From the NCBI GenBank assembly GCA_965660425.1, contig CBFHZX010000002.1:66942-130941 (forward strand): DNA of 64,000 nt, given 5' to 3'. This DNA comes from Sulfitobacter sp. (GTDB lineage Bacteria > Pseudomonadota > Alphaproteobacteria > Rhodobacterales > Rhodobacteraceae). The notes beneath the pieces were generated by a model. It had not been told where the DNA came from. It saw only the letters and a program-made list of their open reading frames with translations, and searched no databases. The first letter of the stretch is position 1. Every line of letters begins with the position of its first letter. The position numbers and the translations under genes are program-made. Shown here one piece after another: positions 40,678 to 51,926 of the stretch.

Positions 40678-41550
40678 TCAGCGCAGGTGACCTATCGTGA
40701 AGGGCGGATTTGATTTTTCTGTTTTAAGATAGTCGGTTAGGGCGTCAGCGTCTGGTTGGGTCACTGTTTTTGTTTCTGCTGCGGCCAGCCCGCCCGAGAT
40801 AAAGAGGGAATCAATGCCCTCATCAATGGCGCCCTGCACGTCGGTGAGGATGCCGTCGCCAATGGCGAGGATGCGGGCGTCGGGGATGGCGTTGCCGAGT
40901 TTATGAAGGCGGCGGCGGGCCAGATCGTAGATGGGGGCGTGGGGTTTGCCGAAGTAGAGGCTTGTCCCGCCCATCTCTGAGTACATCTTGGCCACGGCCC
41001 CTGCGCACCATTCGCGGACCTCACCGCGATCTACTATGATATCGGGGTTGGCGCAGAGCAGTTTGAGACCTGCTTTGAGCGCGATCTCAAGCTCGAGACG
41101 CCATGTCTCAGGCTCTGCTTGGGCGTCAAAGGGGCCTGTGCAGACGATGCCTGTGGCCTCGGCCAGCGGGACGCGGGTGATTTGGGTCGGATTGTCGATG
41201 ATGTCGAGCGGGTCGAAAAAGCGGCTGTCGGTGACAGGGCCAAGGTGCCAGACGGCCTCCCCCACCACGCCGCGGTACATGGCAGAGCGCGCAGAATCGC
41301 CTGAGGTGGCGATGGCGTCATAGGCATCCTCAGGCACGCCGAAATGGCCCAGTTGCTTGAAAACCCCTGCGCGGGGGCGGGGCGAGTTGGTGACCAGCAC
41401 GACTTTGCCGCCTGTTTTGCGGTAGTCTTGCAGCGCTTTGACTGCTGCAGGCATGGCCGCCACGCCGTTGTGCACACAGCCCCACAGATCGACGAAGAGC
41501 GCGTCATAGTCGGCGGAGACCTCGGAGAGGGCGGTGATGATGCGGGTCAT
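40678..41550 (-). CDS. HAD-superfamily class IIA hydrolase (TIGR01459-like)
   Basis: 290 aa. DLWGCVHNG near the N-terminus and a C-terminal GDGILTDVQGA. Confidence 0.75.
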   Translation of the reverse strand: MTRIITALSEVSADYDALFVDLWGCVHNGVAAMPAAVKALQDYRKTGGKVVLVTNSPRPRAGVFKQLGHFGVPEDAYDAIATSGDSARSAMYRGVVGEAVWHLGPVTDSRFFDPLDIIDNPTQITRVPLAEATGIVCTGPFDAQAEPETWRLELEIALKAGLKLLCANPDIIVDRGEVREWCAGAVAKMYSEMGGTSLYFGKPHAPIYDLARRRLHKLGNAIPDARILAIGDGILTDVQGAIDEGIDSLFISGGLAAAETKTVTQPDADALTDYLKTEKSNPPFTIGHLR

Positions 41551-41713
41551 GAGGCGGCTCCTGTATGTGTTGGGTAGCAGATAGCGGACTGGGCAGGGGA
41601 TGCAATGCGGGGGTGCATGGGGAAAGGGGCTTGGATGTGGATTGCAGGCCTTTAACGGGGGGGTGGTTTAATGAGAGCGAATTTCGGCTTTGAGCCCGAA
41701 CTGACCGTCGTGA

Positions 41714-42358
41714 TCAGGGACGATATGTTGCGAGTTTGTAGCTCGCGAAGCAAAAATAAACGCCAAGAATTCCCTCGATCCAACGCCGTGCCTTCGCATA
41801 GGCAGCGACAACTGGCGATGTCGAAAATGCCACCGCATATATCACATGGCCAACTGCGGATATGATGCTGGTGCCAACAACAACCAACGCAGCGACCCAG
41901 ATAGGAGCTTGGCCGTCCATCGCCAGAGACATAATCGCGATCCAGACCAATGCGGCCTTGGCGTTCATCATCTGGATCAAAAGACCCCGACGATAGAAGG
42001 CCACTGGGCCTCCATCCAAGCGCACTGGTCGCACATCCAACTCCTTGACGGTCATGGCAGATTTAAACGCCTTGAATGCCAGCCACAGAAGGTATCCAGC
42101 GCCGACGACCTTCAAGACGATCATTATGGACGCATAGGCCGATACAAGGGCCGTCCAGCCCAGTGCGGTGAGCATCGACCAGCAAAAAGTACCTGTCGCA
42201 ACACCTAATGCCAAAGCCTTACCTTCTGATCGGCCCACTGACATCGACGTGCCGATTACCGCGAGTATATTCGGCCCTGGCGTGAACATCCCAATCATGA
42301 AAACGCCATACGCCAGCAATATTCCTGTTAAATAGGGGTCGATCATAGCAGTCTCCAT
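41714..42358 (-). CDS. LysE/RhtB-family amino-acid exporter
   Basis: 214 aa, six hydrophobic segments, N-terminal motif TPGPNILAVI. Confidence 0.8.
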   Translation of the reverse strand: METAMIDPYLTGILLAYGVFMIGMFTPGPNILAVIGTSMSVGRSEGKALALGVATGTFCWSMLTALGWTALVSAYASIMIVLKVVGAGYLLWLAFKAFKSAMTVKELDVRPVRLDGGPVAFYRRGLLIQMMNAKAALVWIAIMSLAMDGQAPIWVAALVVVGTSIISAVGHVIYAVAFSTSPVVAAYAKARRWIEGILGVYFCFASYKLATYRP

Positions 42359-42514
42359 TTTTCAACAGCTTACACGATTGCCTCAGATAGCCGACGGCAG
42401 GTTTGTCCGCATAGCTGACACTTGAACAGGATTACATCCGAGGATTCGGCGAGGGCTTCTGATCGGTTGGGCTTATTAGCGCTAAGGTGATAGTCACTTT
42501 GCTGTTGTCCTTAT

Positions 42515-42545
42515 GCAAAAAGGCCTCCCGATTGGGGAGGCCTTT
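42515..42545 (-). terminator. Rho-independent terminator of ppaC
   Basis: AGGCCTCCC-gatt-GGGGAGGCCT, with a T-run on the minus strand (AAAA at 42517-42520 on +). Confidence 0.7.
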
Positions 42546-42566
42546 GCATCGTCTGCGTCGTGGCAA

Positions 42567-43487
42567 TCAAACCTTGAGAAACGGGATGATCTGCTTTTTG
42601 CGGCTCATGATGCCGGGGAGGACGATTGTGTCGCCGCTCACGGAGGCGTCGAATGACTTTTCGGCCACGGCTTTGGTCAGGTCGTTGGGGACCAGCATGG
42701 TGGCTTCCTCGTTGAGGATGTCGACCACGAAGAGCAGCACTTGGTCCGCGCCGTCTTCTTCGGCCACGGCGGGCATGGCGGCCATGAGGGCATCCTTGCG
42801 GTCCAGCACCGCAGCGGGGGAGGTGGTCTCGAGCACGGAGACGCGAAACTGCTTGCCGCCCACTTCGTATTCCTTGCTGTCCATGCGCAAAAGCTCCGCC
42901 TCGGAGAAGGAGGAGACGTCGGATTTGGCGGCGAACATTTTTGCGGCGTAATCGGAGATGTCGACGCCAAGGCTTTCGGCCAGCGACCATGCGATGGCTT
43001 TGTCTTCCTGCGTTGTCGTGGGGGAGCGGAATTTGAGCGTGTCGGACAGGATGCAGGTGAGCATCGCGCCTTTGATGTCGTTTGGCATCTGCGCCATGTC
43101 CTTGCCTATCATCTTCCACATGATTGTGGCGGTGCAGGCCAGCGGCTCGATGCGGATGTTGATGGGGCCTGCGGTCTCAAGGCCGCCGACCAGTTTGTGG
43201 TGGTCGATGATGGCGGTGATGTTGGCGTCGTTGATGTTGTCGGGCAGCTCGGCGGGGTTGTTGGTGTCCACGATGACCACGTCCTGACCTGCATCAACGC
43301 CGCTGATGATCTCGGGCTTCTTCAGGTTCCAGTGATCCAGCATAAAGAGCGCTTCGGTATTGGGTTCGCCCAGCAGGGCGGGTTTGGCGGGGGTGCCCAT
43401 GATTTCTGACATATACCATGCCCAAACGATGGGGCTGCCTGTGCTGTCTGTATCGGGGGATTTGTGGCCAAATACGAGGGTGGTCAT
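42567..43487 (-). CDS. ppaC: Manganese-dependent inorganic pyrophosphatase (family II, DHH)
   Basis: 306 aa: MTTLVFGHKSPDTDSTGS...IIDHHKL... Confidence 0.9.
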   Translation of the reverse strand: MTTLVFGHKSPDTDSTGSPIVWAWYMSEIMGTPAKPALLGEPNTEALFMLDHWNLKKPEIISGVDAGQDVVIVDTNNPAELPDNINDANITAIIDHHKLVGGLETAGPINIRIEPLACTATIMWKMIGKDMAQMPNDIKGAMLTCILSDTLKFRSPTTTQEDKAIAWSLAESLGVDISDYAAKMFAAKSDVSSFSEAELLRMDSKEYEVGGKQFRVSVLETTSPAAVLDRKDALMAAMPAVAEEDGADQVLLFVVDILNEEATMLVPNDLTKAVAEKSFDASVSGDTIVLPGIMSRKKQIIPFLKV

Positions 43488-43619
43488 GGGGGTGCTCCTG
43501 CAAGCTATGCTATGATTTGCGGGCCTTATAGCAGGATGGTTTGCGATGTCACGCGGGGCAACTCCTCGACGAGGGTTTGTGCCCAGACTTTCATCGAAAG
43601 TCTGGCAGCGCGTGGCCTG

Positions 43620-43975
43620 TCAGAGGCCCAGCTCGGCGCGCAGTTTCTTGGTCAGTTTTTCGACAGCCATATCGTAGGACGCTTGTATGTGATCGCGCAG
43701 GCTCTCGTCGGAGAGGCCAGGCGTGTCGTATTGCTGGATCCATTTCATGCCGCCGGACGCCATACAGGGCGCAGGCCTGGACTGTCCGAGAGGATTTCAA
43801 AGGCCAGATGCGTGACTTTGAACGTCACGGCGTTTGAAGTGCCGCCCATGCCGAGCACCGCAAAGAGCTTTCCGCCCACCTTATAGACGTCCGAGTTGCC
43901 CCATTGGACCACATGGGTCGCGTGGGGCAGGCCAGCGCAGAAGGATTTGAGTTCATCACGGGTCATCCCCGCCAT
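43620..43975 (-). pseudogene. MmcQ/YjbR-family gene with a 1-nt frameshift near 43760-43772
   Basis: MAGMTRDELKSFCAGLPHATHVVQWGNSDVYKVGGKLFAVL...FKVTHLAFEILSDSPGLRP, then the -1 frame continues MASGGMKWIQQYDTPGLSDESLRDHIQASYDMAVEKLTKKLRAELGL*. The total span of 356 nt is not a multiple of 3. Confidence 0.65.
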
Positions 43976-44020
43976 CTTATGGGGTCGCGCGGGGTTTGGG
44001 AATGGTGGTAGATTGCGGCC

Positions 44021-44698
44021 ATGAGCATACGCGAAACCGATCTTTATCCGCCTGTGAAGTCCTTTCTGGAGGATCAGGGGTATGTGGTAAAAGCCGAAGT
44101 AGGTGCCGCCGATGTGGTCGCTGTGCGCGGGGCGGAACCGCCTGTCGTGGTCGAGCTTAAGCTGGGGTTCTCACTCGCACTGTTTCATCAATGTGTCGAG
44201 CGCCTGAAGGTGAGCGATGACGTCTATATGGCTGTCGCACATAAGGCGGGAAAGCCTTTCTACAAGGCGGTGAAGGCCAACACGGCCATGGCGCGGCGGC
44301 TTGGCCTTGGGTTGATGGTGGTGCGGCTGGACGATGGTTTGGTCACGGTCCATTGCGATCCGGGCCCTTATGCGCCGCGCAAGAATGCCAAACGCCGCGC
44401 TGCGCTCCTGCGAGAATTTTCGCGCAGGCAGGGCGACCCGAATGATGGCGGGCAGACGCGGGCAGGGCTGGTCACCGCATACCGTCAGGACGCGTTGAAA
44501 ATTGCTGTGTATCTGTATGAGGTGGGAGCCTGCAAAGGCGCGGATGTCGCGCGTGAGACAAGCGTGGCCAAGGCGACCGCCATGATGCGGGCAAACCATT
44601 ATGGCTGGTTCGAAAAGGTAGAAACGGGCGTTTACGGACTAACGCCCAAGGGTGCCGAGGCTGTCACCGTGGCGGGCCGTATTCTTGGCGCGGATTGA
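44021..44698 (+). CDS. DUF2161-like protein: N-terminal PD-(D/E)XK-type nuclease fold plus a C-terminal wHTH
   Basis: 225 aa. Candidate D...E-x-K motif (AADVVAVRG...VVVELKLGF). C-terminal LKIAVYLYEVGACKGADVARETSV looks like a wHTH. Called from memory. Confidence 0.55.
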   Translation: MSIRETDLYPPVKSFLEDQGYVVKAEVGAADVVAVRGAEPPVVVELKLGFSLALFHQCVERLKVSDDVYMAVAHKAGKPFYKAVKANTAMARRLGLGLMVVRLDDGLVTVHCDPGPYAPRKNAKRRAALLREFSRRQGDPNDGGQTRAGLVTAYRQDALKIAVYLYEVGACKGADVARETSVAKATAMMRANHYGWFEKVETGVYGLTPKGAEAVTVAGRILGAD

Positions 44699-44738
44699 GC
44701 GCCGCCGATTTTTGGGAAAAATTTTCTCTGACGGGGCG

Positions 44739-44766
44739 TTGACTCGTCTCCGCCCTCTCCATACTT
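44739..44766 (+). promoter_or_regulatory. Candidate groESL promoter (TTGACT-N16-ATACTT)
   Basis: Read from the sequence, immediately upstream of CIRCE. Not experimentally anchored. Confidence 0.4.
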
Positions 44767-44774
44767 AAACGTCG

Positions 44775-44801
44775 TTAGCACTCGGCCTTAGTGAGTGATA
44801 A
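44775..44801 (+). promoter_or_regulatory. CIRCE operator (HrcA binding site) of groESL
   Basis: TTAGCACTC-ggccttagt-GAGTGATAA, which is 17/18 matches to TTAGCACTC-N9-GAGTGCTAA. It lies 67 nt upstream of groES. Confidence 0.85.
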
Positions 44802-44867
44802 CGGCAGGCTGCTTCAGGTGAAGGGCCGGTCAACAAAGGTAACTTTGAGCATCAAGGAGCTACAAAG

Positions 44868-45155
44868 ATGGCATTAACACCACTTCACGACCGCGTGCTG
44901 GTAAAGCGCACAGAGGGCGAAGAGAAAACATCTGGCGGGCTGATCATTCCCGATAGCGCGAAAGAAAAGCCTTCCGAGGGCGAAGTTGTTTCCGTGGGCG
45001 CAGGCGCACGCAAAGACAACGGTGAACTGATCGCACCCGCCGTAAAAGCAGGTGATCGTGTTCTGTTCGGCAAATGGTCTGGCACAGAAGTCACCGTAGA
45101 CGGTGAAGAAATGCTGATGATGAAAGAGAGCGACATCATGGGGATCCTTTCCTGA
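44868..45155 (+). CDS. groES: Co-chaperonin GroES
   Basis: 95 aa: [35 protein letters not shown]... Confidence 0.97.
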   Translation: MALTPLHDRVLVKRTEGEEKTSGGLIIPDSAKEKPSEGEVVSVGAGARKDNGELIAPAVKAGDRVLFGKWSGTEVTVDGEEMLMMKESDIMGILS

Positions 45156-45214
45156 TTGGAATGATCCGGCCCAACAGGCCACATGACATGCTATCCATCA
45201 CAAACAAAATTTAG

Positions 45215-46876
<1,662 letters not shown>

Positions 46877-47004
46877 GGCGATTTCTCCTAGGCGAAATCT
46901 GCCGAAGCCGACAGTGTCTTTTCCGCAGGAAAAGGTCACGAGAGGCAAAGACGGATTTCACTGAAGCAATCCTTACATCTCCATCCTGTCCTAACCGACA
47001 GTGC

Positions 47005-47032
47005 AAAGGGCTCCCTCGTGGGGCCCTTTGTT
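47005..47032 (+). terminator. Candidate terminator about 130 nt after groEL
   Basis: AAAGGGCTCC-ctcg-TGGGGCCCTTT followed by GTT. The T-tract is weak. Confidence 0.5.
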
Positions 47033-47116
47033 ACATCTGGCGCACTGCATTTCGTTAACCGCCTTTCAATACATTCGCTGCTAACCTGCTGAGTGATTGA
47101 ATGTGAAAGGTCGACT

Positions 47117-47863
47117 ATGACAGCCGCTGCTTCGCGCGCTCCTGTGCTTTCGGGTGAGGTGCCACAAACCGATGTTCAGGACATCGACGACTTCATCTAT
47201 TTGATAAGCCATGATGTCCGTGCCTCGGTGCGCGCGTTGATCGAGTTGCCCCATTGGATCGCCGAAGATCTGGTCGAGGCGGGGGTGGAGGTGAGCCCGT
47301 CCGTCGCCCAATCCATTGATATGATGAATCGCCACACTGCGCGGCTTGACCGGATGCTGGTGGATTTGCTGGCCTATTCGCGTGTTGGTCGACTGCAAGA
47401 CATGGTGCGCATTGACGTAAATGCGGCGTTGGACGAGGTGCTTGCAGGGCTGCACATGCCCGAGGGCATGACCCCAATCCGCGACATCGGCTGTTCCCAT
47501 GTAATCATGGGGGAGCAGGATATGGGCACGCTATTGAGTGCGCTCATCGGGAATGCGGTCAAACACCATCATGCAAAACAGGGCCGGATTTTTGTGCGCA
47601 CCCAGCGCGAGGGGAGCATGGTACGCCTCTCGGTGAGTGACGATGGTCCTGGTATTCCCGAAAGGCTCCACGCCAAAGCGCTGAGCGCGATGACCACCCT
47701 GCGCCCGCGTGATGATGTGGAGGGGACTGGCATGGGTCATGCCAATGTGCGCAAGATGGCGGAGCACTATGGTGGCTCGCTGGAACTGTCCAATATCGCG
47801 GCTGTGGCGGGTGGCCTCAAAGTGGATATGCTTATCCCGCATGGCTGCGACACTCCTGTCTAA
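47117..47863 (+). CDS. Soluble histidine kinase with no recognisable sensor domain
   Basis: Track ORF (GTG 47093) trimmed to ATG 47117. The H-box LISHDVRASVRAL begins about 30 aa from the N-terminus. N box GNAVKHH, G1 DDGPGIP, G2 GTGMGH. Confidence 0.8.
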   Translation: MTAAASRAPVLSGEVPQTDVQDIDDFIYLISHDVRASVRALIELPHWIAEDLVEAGVEVSPSVAQSIDMMNRHTARLDRMLVDLLAYSRVGRLQDMVRIDVNAALDEVLAGLHMPEGMTPIRDIGCSHVIMGEQDMGTLLSALIGNAVKHHHAKQGRIFVRTQREGSMVRLSVSDDGPGIPERLHAKALSAMTTLRPRDDVEGTGMGHANVRKMAEHYGGSLELSNIAAVAGGLKVDMLIPHGCDTPV

Positions 47864-47974
47864 TTTGAACAGATTTCGCTTTTTTTCTGTATCTTGAGCG
47901 TGCCTTTGGCGCGCATGTTTATCTTTTGATAGGCACAAGGTTGTTAGGATGAAGCGGTAGAAGGCTCTGAGGGA

Positions 47975-48643
47975 GTGTGTGACATGGCCATGCCAGTAGA
48001 AATTCAGGGTCCTGAGGAAGGCGTCATCCCAACCGTCATCAAGACGCTATTGCTGGATGACAGCACCTTTGACCGCAGCCGCATCAGACGGTTGAGCAAT
48101 AAGACCGCCCTCATGGTGTATTTGACTGAAGTCAGCAATATCGCAGAGCTGAAAGAGGCCATAGCGCATCAGGTCTATGACCTCATCCTGATTGACTACC
48201 GCTTGCCGCAGGGGGACGGTTTGGAAGTGCTGGCCCATATCCAGAGTAGCACGCTCAATAGCGATGTGGCCACCATTATGATTACGGGCAACGGCGATAT
48301 GGACACGGCCGTGACCACCATGCGCAACGGCTGCCATGATTTTCTGACCAAAGAGGCGATGACAGCCGATCAATTGGGTGCTGCCATGGTGGGTGCCATG
48401 CAATCCGCCGCAGCGCACCGCGATTTGGTCGCGCAAACCGCGCATCAGCGGGAGATTATTCGTCAGGGTTTGACCGCTGCCTTGATGGACAAGGATGTGC
48501 AGGGCACCGTGGTATCCCTGTTCAAATCCCAATTCGATCAGCTGCGCCACGCCAATTCAAACGTCTTTACCGCTTCCGATCACAGTGGTCTTGAGGCGCT
48601 TTTGGCCACGCTGGCCGAGGATGACGAATTTGTGTTCACCTAA
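47975..48643 (+). CDS. Response regulator: REC domain plus an ~85-aa C-terminal region of unknown type
   Basis: REC residues are present: LLLDDS, LILIDYRLP (acceptor Asp), IMITG, FLTKE. Alternative start at ATG 47984. Confidence 0.8.
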   Translation: MCDMAMPVEIQGPEEGVIPTVIKTLLLDDSTFDRSRIRRLSNKTALMVYLTEVSNIAELKEAIAHQVYDLILIDYRLPQGDGLEVLAHIQSSTLNSDVATIMITGNGDMDTAVTTMRNGCHDFLTKEAMTADQLGAAMVGAMQSAAAHRDLVAQTAHQREIIRQGLTAALMDKDVQGTVVSLFKSQFDQLRHANSNVFTASDHSGLEALLATLAEDDEFVFT

Positions 48644-48682
48644 AGGCCTTGGCGGTGGGGGTGGCGCGGGTTAGTCGGGTGT

Positions 48683-49513
48683 ATGCGTCTTGTCCTGCTG
48701 ACCCTTTTGACCATGTGCGCCTTTGCCGCCAATTCCCTGCTGACCCGCGCGGCAGTGGACGGCGGGCATATTGGTCCTGGAGCGTTTGCGGTGCTACGCG
48801 TGGCCTCTGGCGCTGCGATGTTGGGCGGGATCGCCTTGTGGCGTGGCGTGTCGTTGCCGCTGTTGACTCCTGTGCGTTTGGCAGGGGCGGTCAGTCTTGC
48901 GCTCTATATGATCGGGTTCTCGCTGGCCTACCTCACGCTTGATGCGGGGTTGGGGGCGCTTATCCTGTTTGGCGTGACCCAGATCACGATGTTTGGCCAT
49001 GCCGCCGTTACAGGACAGGCCCCGACTGCGCGGCAATTGCTCGGCGCTGCCGTTGCCTTTGTCGGGCTGGTGCTTGTCTTATGGCCAACGGGGGGGAGTG
49101 TGACTGATCCTGTCGGGGCGGTGCTGATGGTGCTCGCGGGGCTGGGCTGGGCCGCTTACACGATCGCGGGGCGCGGTGCCGCCGATCCGCTGGCTGCGAC
49201 GGGGGCGAATTTTATCCTGTGTTTGGCCGTGCTGCTGGTGCTTTTGGCGGCGAGCGGACTGGAGGCGGATGCAGCAGGCATTGCGCTGGGCGTGGTGTGC
49301 GGAGCAGTGACTTCTGGGCTGGGCTATGCGCTTTGGTATTCTGTTCTGCGCGAGATGGCCGGCACGACGGCGGCGGTTGTGCAGCTGAGCGTGCCAGTGA
49401 TCGCAATTGCCGCAGGCGTGGTGTTTCTGGGCGAGGCCGTCTCGGGGGTAATCGTGATCGCGGCGGCGATGGTTGTCGGCGGCATCGGCTGGTCTGTGAC
49501 CGCTAAACGATAA
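48683..49513 (+). CDS. DMT superfamily (EamA-type) transporter
   Basis: 276 aa, ten hydrophobic segments. Confidence 0.8.
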   Translation: MRLVLLTLLTMCAFAANSLLTRAAVDGGHIGPGAFAVLRVASGAAMLGGIALWRGVSLPLLTPVRLAGAVSLALYMIGFSLAYLTLDAGLGALILFGVTQITMFGHAAVTGQAPTARQLLGAAVAFVGLVLVLWPTGGSVTDPVGAVLMVLAGLGWAAYTIAGRGAADPLAATGANFILCLAVLLVLLAASGLEADAAGIALGVVCGAVTSGLGYALWYSVLREMAGTTAAVVQLSVPVIAIAAGVVFLGEAVSGVIVIAAAMVVGGIGWSVTAKR

Positions 49514-49961
49514 GTGGCTCAAGCGGGTCATAGAATGGCGCATCCGCATCGCCCCATGCAACAGTGGCAAGGCTGTCTGGTTTCACCCTGAGCTGTGCCA
49601 TCTGATCGCGGGTGACCCAGCGGCGGTCGGTCACAATATCATCCACATCGCGCCAGCCGTGATCGAGGGTTGGCGGGCTGAGTAGAGTGCAGTGGAAGTA
49701 GATATCGACTTGATGAAAGCTGCCATTTGAATCGTGGAATTCATTGACCAGACAAGGCGCATCCACGCTGATCCGCAGGCCAGTTTCCTCAAATACCTCT
49801 CGCATCAGATTGTCGGGCAGCGCACTGCCGCGCTCCACCCCACCGCCGGGTGCGCACATCAGATCGCTTTTGTCCGCAGGCCACGCATTGACCAGTAACA
49901 GGTGGTTCTCATGCATGATGATGGCGCGCACGGCGAGGCGGGGAGGCGTTGAGGGGGTCAT
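49503..49961 (-). CDS. NUDIX hydrolase
   Basis: 152 aa. Nudix box [24 protein letters not shown]. Confidence 0.8.
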   Translation of the reverse strand: MTPSTPPRLAVRAIIMHENHLLLVNAWPADKSDLMCAPGGGVERGSALPDNLMREVFEETGLRISVDAPCLVNEFHDSNGSFHQVDIYFHCTLLSPPTLDHGWRDVDDIVTDRRWVTRDQMAQLRVKPDSLATVAWGDADAPFYDPLEPLIV

Positions 49962-50020
49962 CTGGTGAAAGGGCCTTGTTGGGGGATTACAACGGCGCGC
50001 AGAGGTACTACATAGCCGCT

Positions 50021-50797
50021 ATGAGATTTGGGTTGATCATATGGGCATTGCTGCTGACGGCAAGTGCGGCGCAGGCGCGCTGTGTTGTGTCGTTGCACGG
50101 ATTGGCGTGGACCGAGACATCGTGTGCCCTGATGGAGGCTGCGCTCGAGGCGGAAGGCTGGCGCGTGGTGCGGCCTGGATACCCTTCGACCGAGGCACCC
50201 ATTGAGGAGCTGACCAAGCGCACGCTGCCCGATGCGGTGGCGGCCTGCAGGACGGCGCATGTGGATTTTGTGACCCATTCGATGGGTGGCATCCTTCTGC
50301 GCCAATGGGTTGCCGATGTGAGGTCTGACTGTGTGGGGCGTGCTGTGATGCTGGGGCCGCCTAATCAAGGCAGCGAGGTTGTGGACCAGTTGCGCGACGT
50401 GGTGGCCTTTGACTGGATCAACGGTCCTGCGGGGGTGCAGATGGGCACGGGTGCTGCATCCATCCCGCGCAGCCTGCCTGCGGCAGATTTCGAGTTGGGG
50501 GTGATCGCGGGATCGCAACCGCTCAACCCCTATTTCTCGACCCTGTTGCTGGGGCCTGATGATGGCAAGGTTGCGGTGTCGTCCACGCGGGTGGAGGGTA
50601 TGCGCGCGCATCTGGTGCTGCCTGTGACGCATACGTTTATGATGGACAACCCGCGTGTGATCGCGCAGACGGTCGCGTTTTTGCGCAATGGGGCGTTTGA
50701 CCCCGATATGACTTATTTCGGTGCTGTGCTGGAGCAGTTCGGATGTCCAGATGGCACGTGTTTGCCAGGAATTGAGGCGCCAGATGCTAAGCCTTGA
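50021..50797 (+). CDS. Secreted alpha/beta hydrolase (esterase/lipase-like)
   Basis: Track ORF trimmed to [19 protein letters not shown] (signal peptide). LHGL... and the nucleophile elbow HSMGG. Confidence 0.7.
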   Translation: MRFGLIIWALLLTASAAQARCVVSLHGLAWTETSCALMEAALEAEGWRVVRPGYPSTEAPIEELTKRTLPDAVAACRTAHVDFVTHSMGGILLRQWVADVRSDCVGRAVMLGPPNQGSEVVDQLRDVVAFDWINGPAGVQMGTGAASIPRSLPAADFELGVIAGSQPLNPYFSTLLLGPDDGKVAVSSTRVEGMRAHLVLPVTHTFMMDNPRVIAQTVAFLRNGAFDPDMTYFGAVLEQFGCPDGTCLPGIEAPDAKP

Positions 50798-51926
50798 TTT
50801 GATCGGCGCGGAGGTGCTGGGGCCTGACGGTCTGCACCGTGACGGGCTGTCGTTCGGGAACGGTGTGATCGTCGATGCGCCCGTGGGCCGCGCGGTGGAT
50901 TTGTCAGGCTATCTGGTGCTGCCGGGTATTGTGGATGTGCATGGCGACGGGTTCGAGCGGCATCTGGCCCCGCGGCGCGGTGCGATGAAGCAGATGGCCG
51001 AAGGCTTGATCGCCGTGGAGGCTGAGCTGGCCGCGAACGGGATCACCACCGCCACGCTGGCGCAGTTTGTGAGCTGGGAAGGCGGTGTGCGGGGGCTTGA
51101 GTTTGCCGAACAGGTGTTTGCGCATTTGCGCGATGTTGGGCCAAGCATGGTCACGGATTTGCGCGGGCAATTGCGGTTCGAGACGCATCTATTGGAGTTC
51201 TATACCGAGCTGCCCGACAAGATGGCGGAGTGGGGTTTGAAATATATCGTCTTCAATGATCATCTGCCGCATGATCGCTTGCGTGAAGGTGTGCAGCCCC
51301 GCAGGCTGGTGTCCCAAGCGCTGAAGGCACGGCGTAGTCCTGAGGCACAGCTGGCGCTGATGCAGGCGCTAAAGGCCGAGAGCGACGAGGTGCCGGCCGC
51401 CCTCGACTGGCTGTGCAAGAAATTGGCAACGCAAGGGATTTCCATGGGCAGTCACGATGATTGCACTGCGGAGCAGCGTGCGGCGTGGGCCGCGCGGGGG
51501 GTGAATGTGGCCGAGTTCCCCGAGACATTGGAAGCAGCGGAAGCCGCAGCGTCTCATGGTGGGATTGTCGTCATGGGATCGCCCAATGTGGTGCGGGGCG
51601 GGTCGCATAATCTCAACGTCTCGGCAGTGGATCTGATTGCGATGGGATACTGCGATGCGCTGGCGTCGGACTACCATTACCCCAGTGCGCGGCGTGCAGC
51701 GCTGATGCTGTGGCAGAACGGGATGCTTGAGTTGAACGCGGCATGGGCGCTTGTCTCGGCGGGGCCAGCGGCGGTGCTGGGGCTTGCGGATCGTGGTGTG
51801 CTGGCGGCAGGCAAGCGCGCCGATATGGTCGTGCTAGAGCGTAATAGCCTGCGCGTAGCCGCGACACTGGTGCAAGGGCGCGTGAGCTATATGAGCGGTG
51901 AGGTTGCGGCGCGGTTTATGAGTTAG
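50784..51926 (+). CDS. PhnM-like metal-dependent amidohydrolase (alpha-D-ribose 1-methylphosphonate 5-triphosphate diphosphatase family)
   Basis: Track ORF trimmed to [11 protein letters not shown] (ATG 50784, 14-nt overlap with the upstream gene). [16 protein letters not shown] is the typical HxH-type N-terminus. No other phn genes are nearby. Confidence 0.7.
   Translation: MLSLDLIGAEVLGPDGLHRDGLSFGNGVIVDAPVGRAVDLSGYLVLPGIVDVHGDGFERHLAPRRGAMKQMAEGLIAVEAELAANGITTATLAQFVSWEGGVRGLEFAEQVFAHLRDVGPSMVTDLRGQLRFETHLLEFYTELPDKMAEWGLKYIVFNDHLPHDRLREGVQPRRLVSQALKARRSPEAQLALMQALKAESDEVPAALDWLCKKLATQGISMGSHDDCTAEQRAAWAARGVNVAEFPETLEAAEAAASHGGIVVMGSPNVVRGGSHNLNVSAVDLIAMGYCDALASDYHYPSARRAALMLWQNGMLELNAAWALVSAGPAAVLGLADRGVLAAGKRADMVVLERNSLRVAATLVQGRVSYMSGEVAARFMS

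Noticed and set aside
43582-43606. Hairpin CCAGACTTT-catcg-AAAGTCTGG downstream of the MmcQ pseudogene, as a terminator.
   Set aside because: There is no T-tract on either strand, so it does not meet intrinsic-terminator criteria.
50784-51926. Annotating a phosphonate C-P lyase locus from the PhnM-like gene.
   Set aside because: It is a single gene with no phnGHIJKL or phnCDE neighbours. Only the family assignment is retained.
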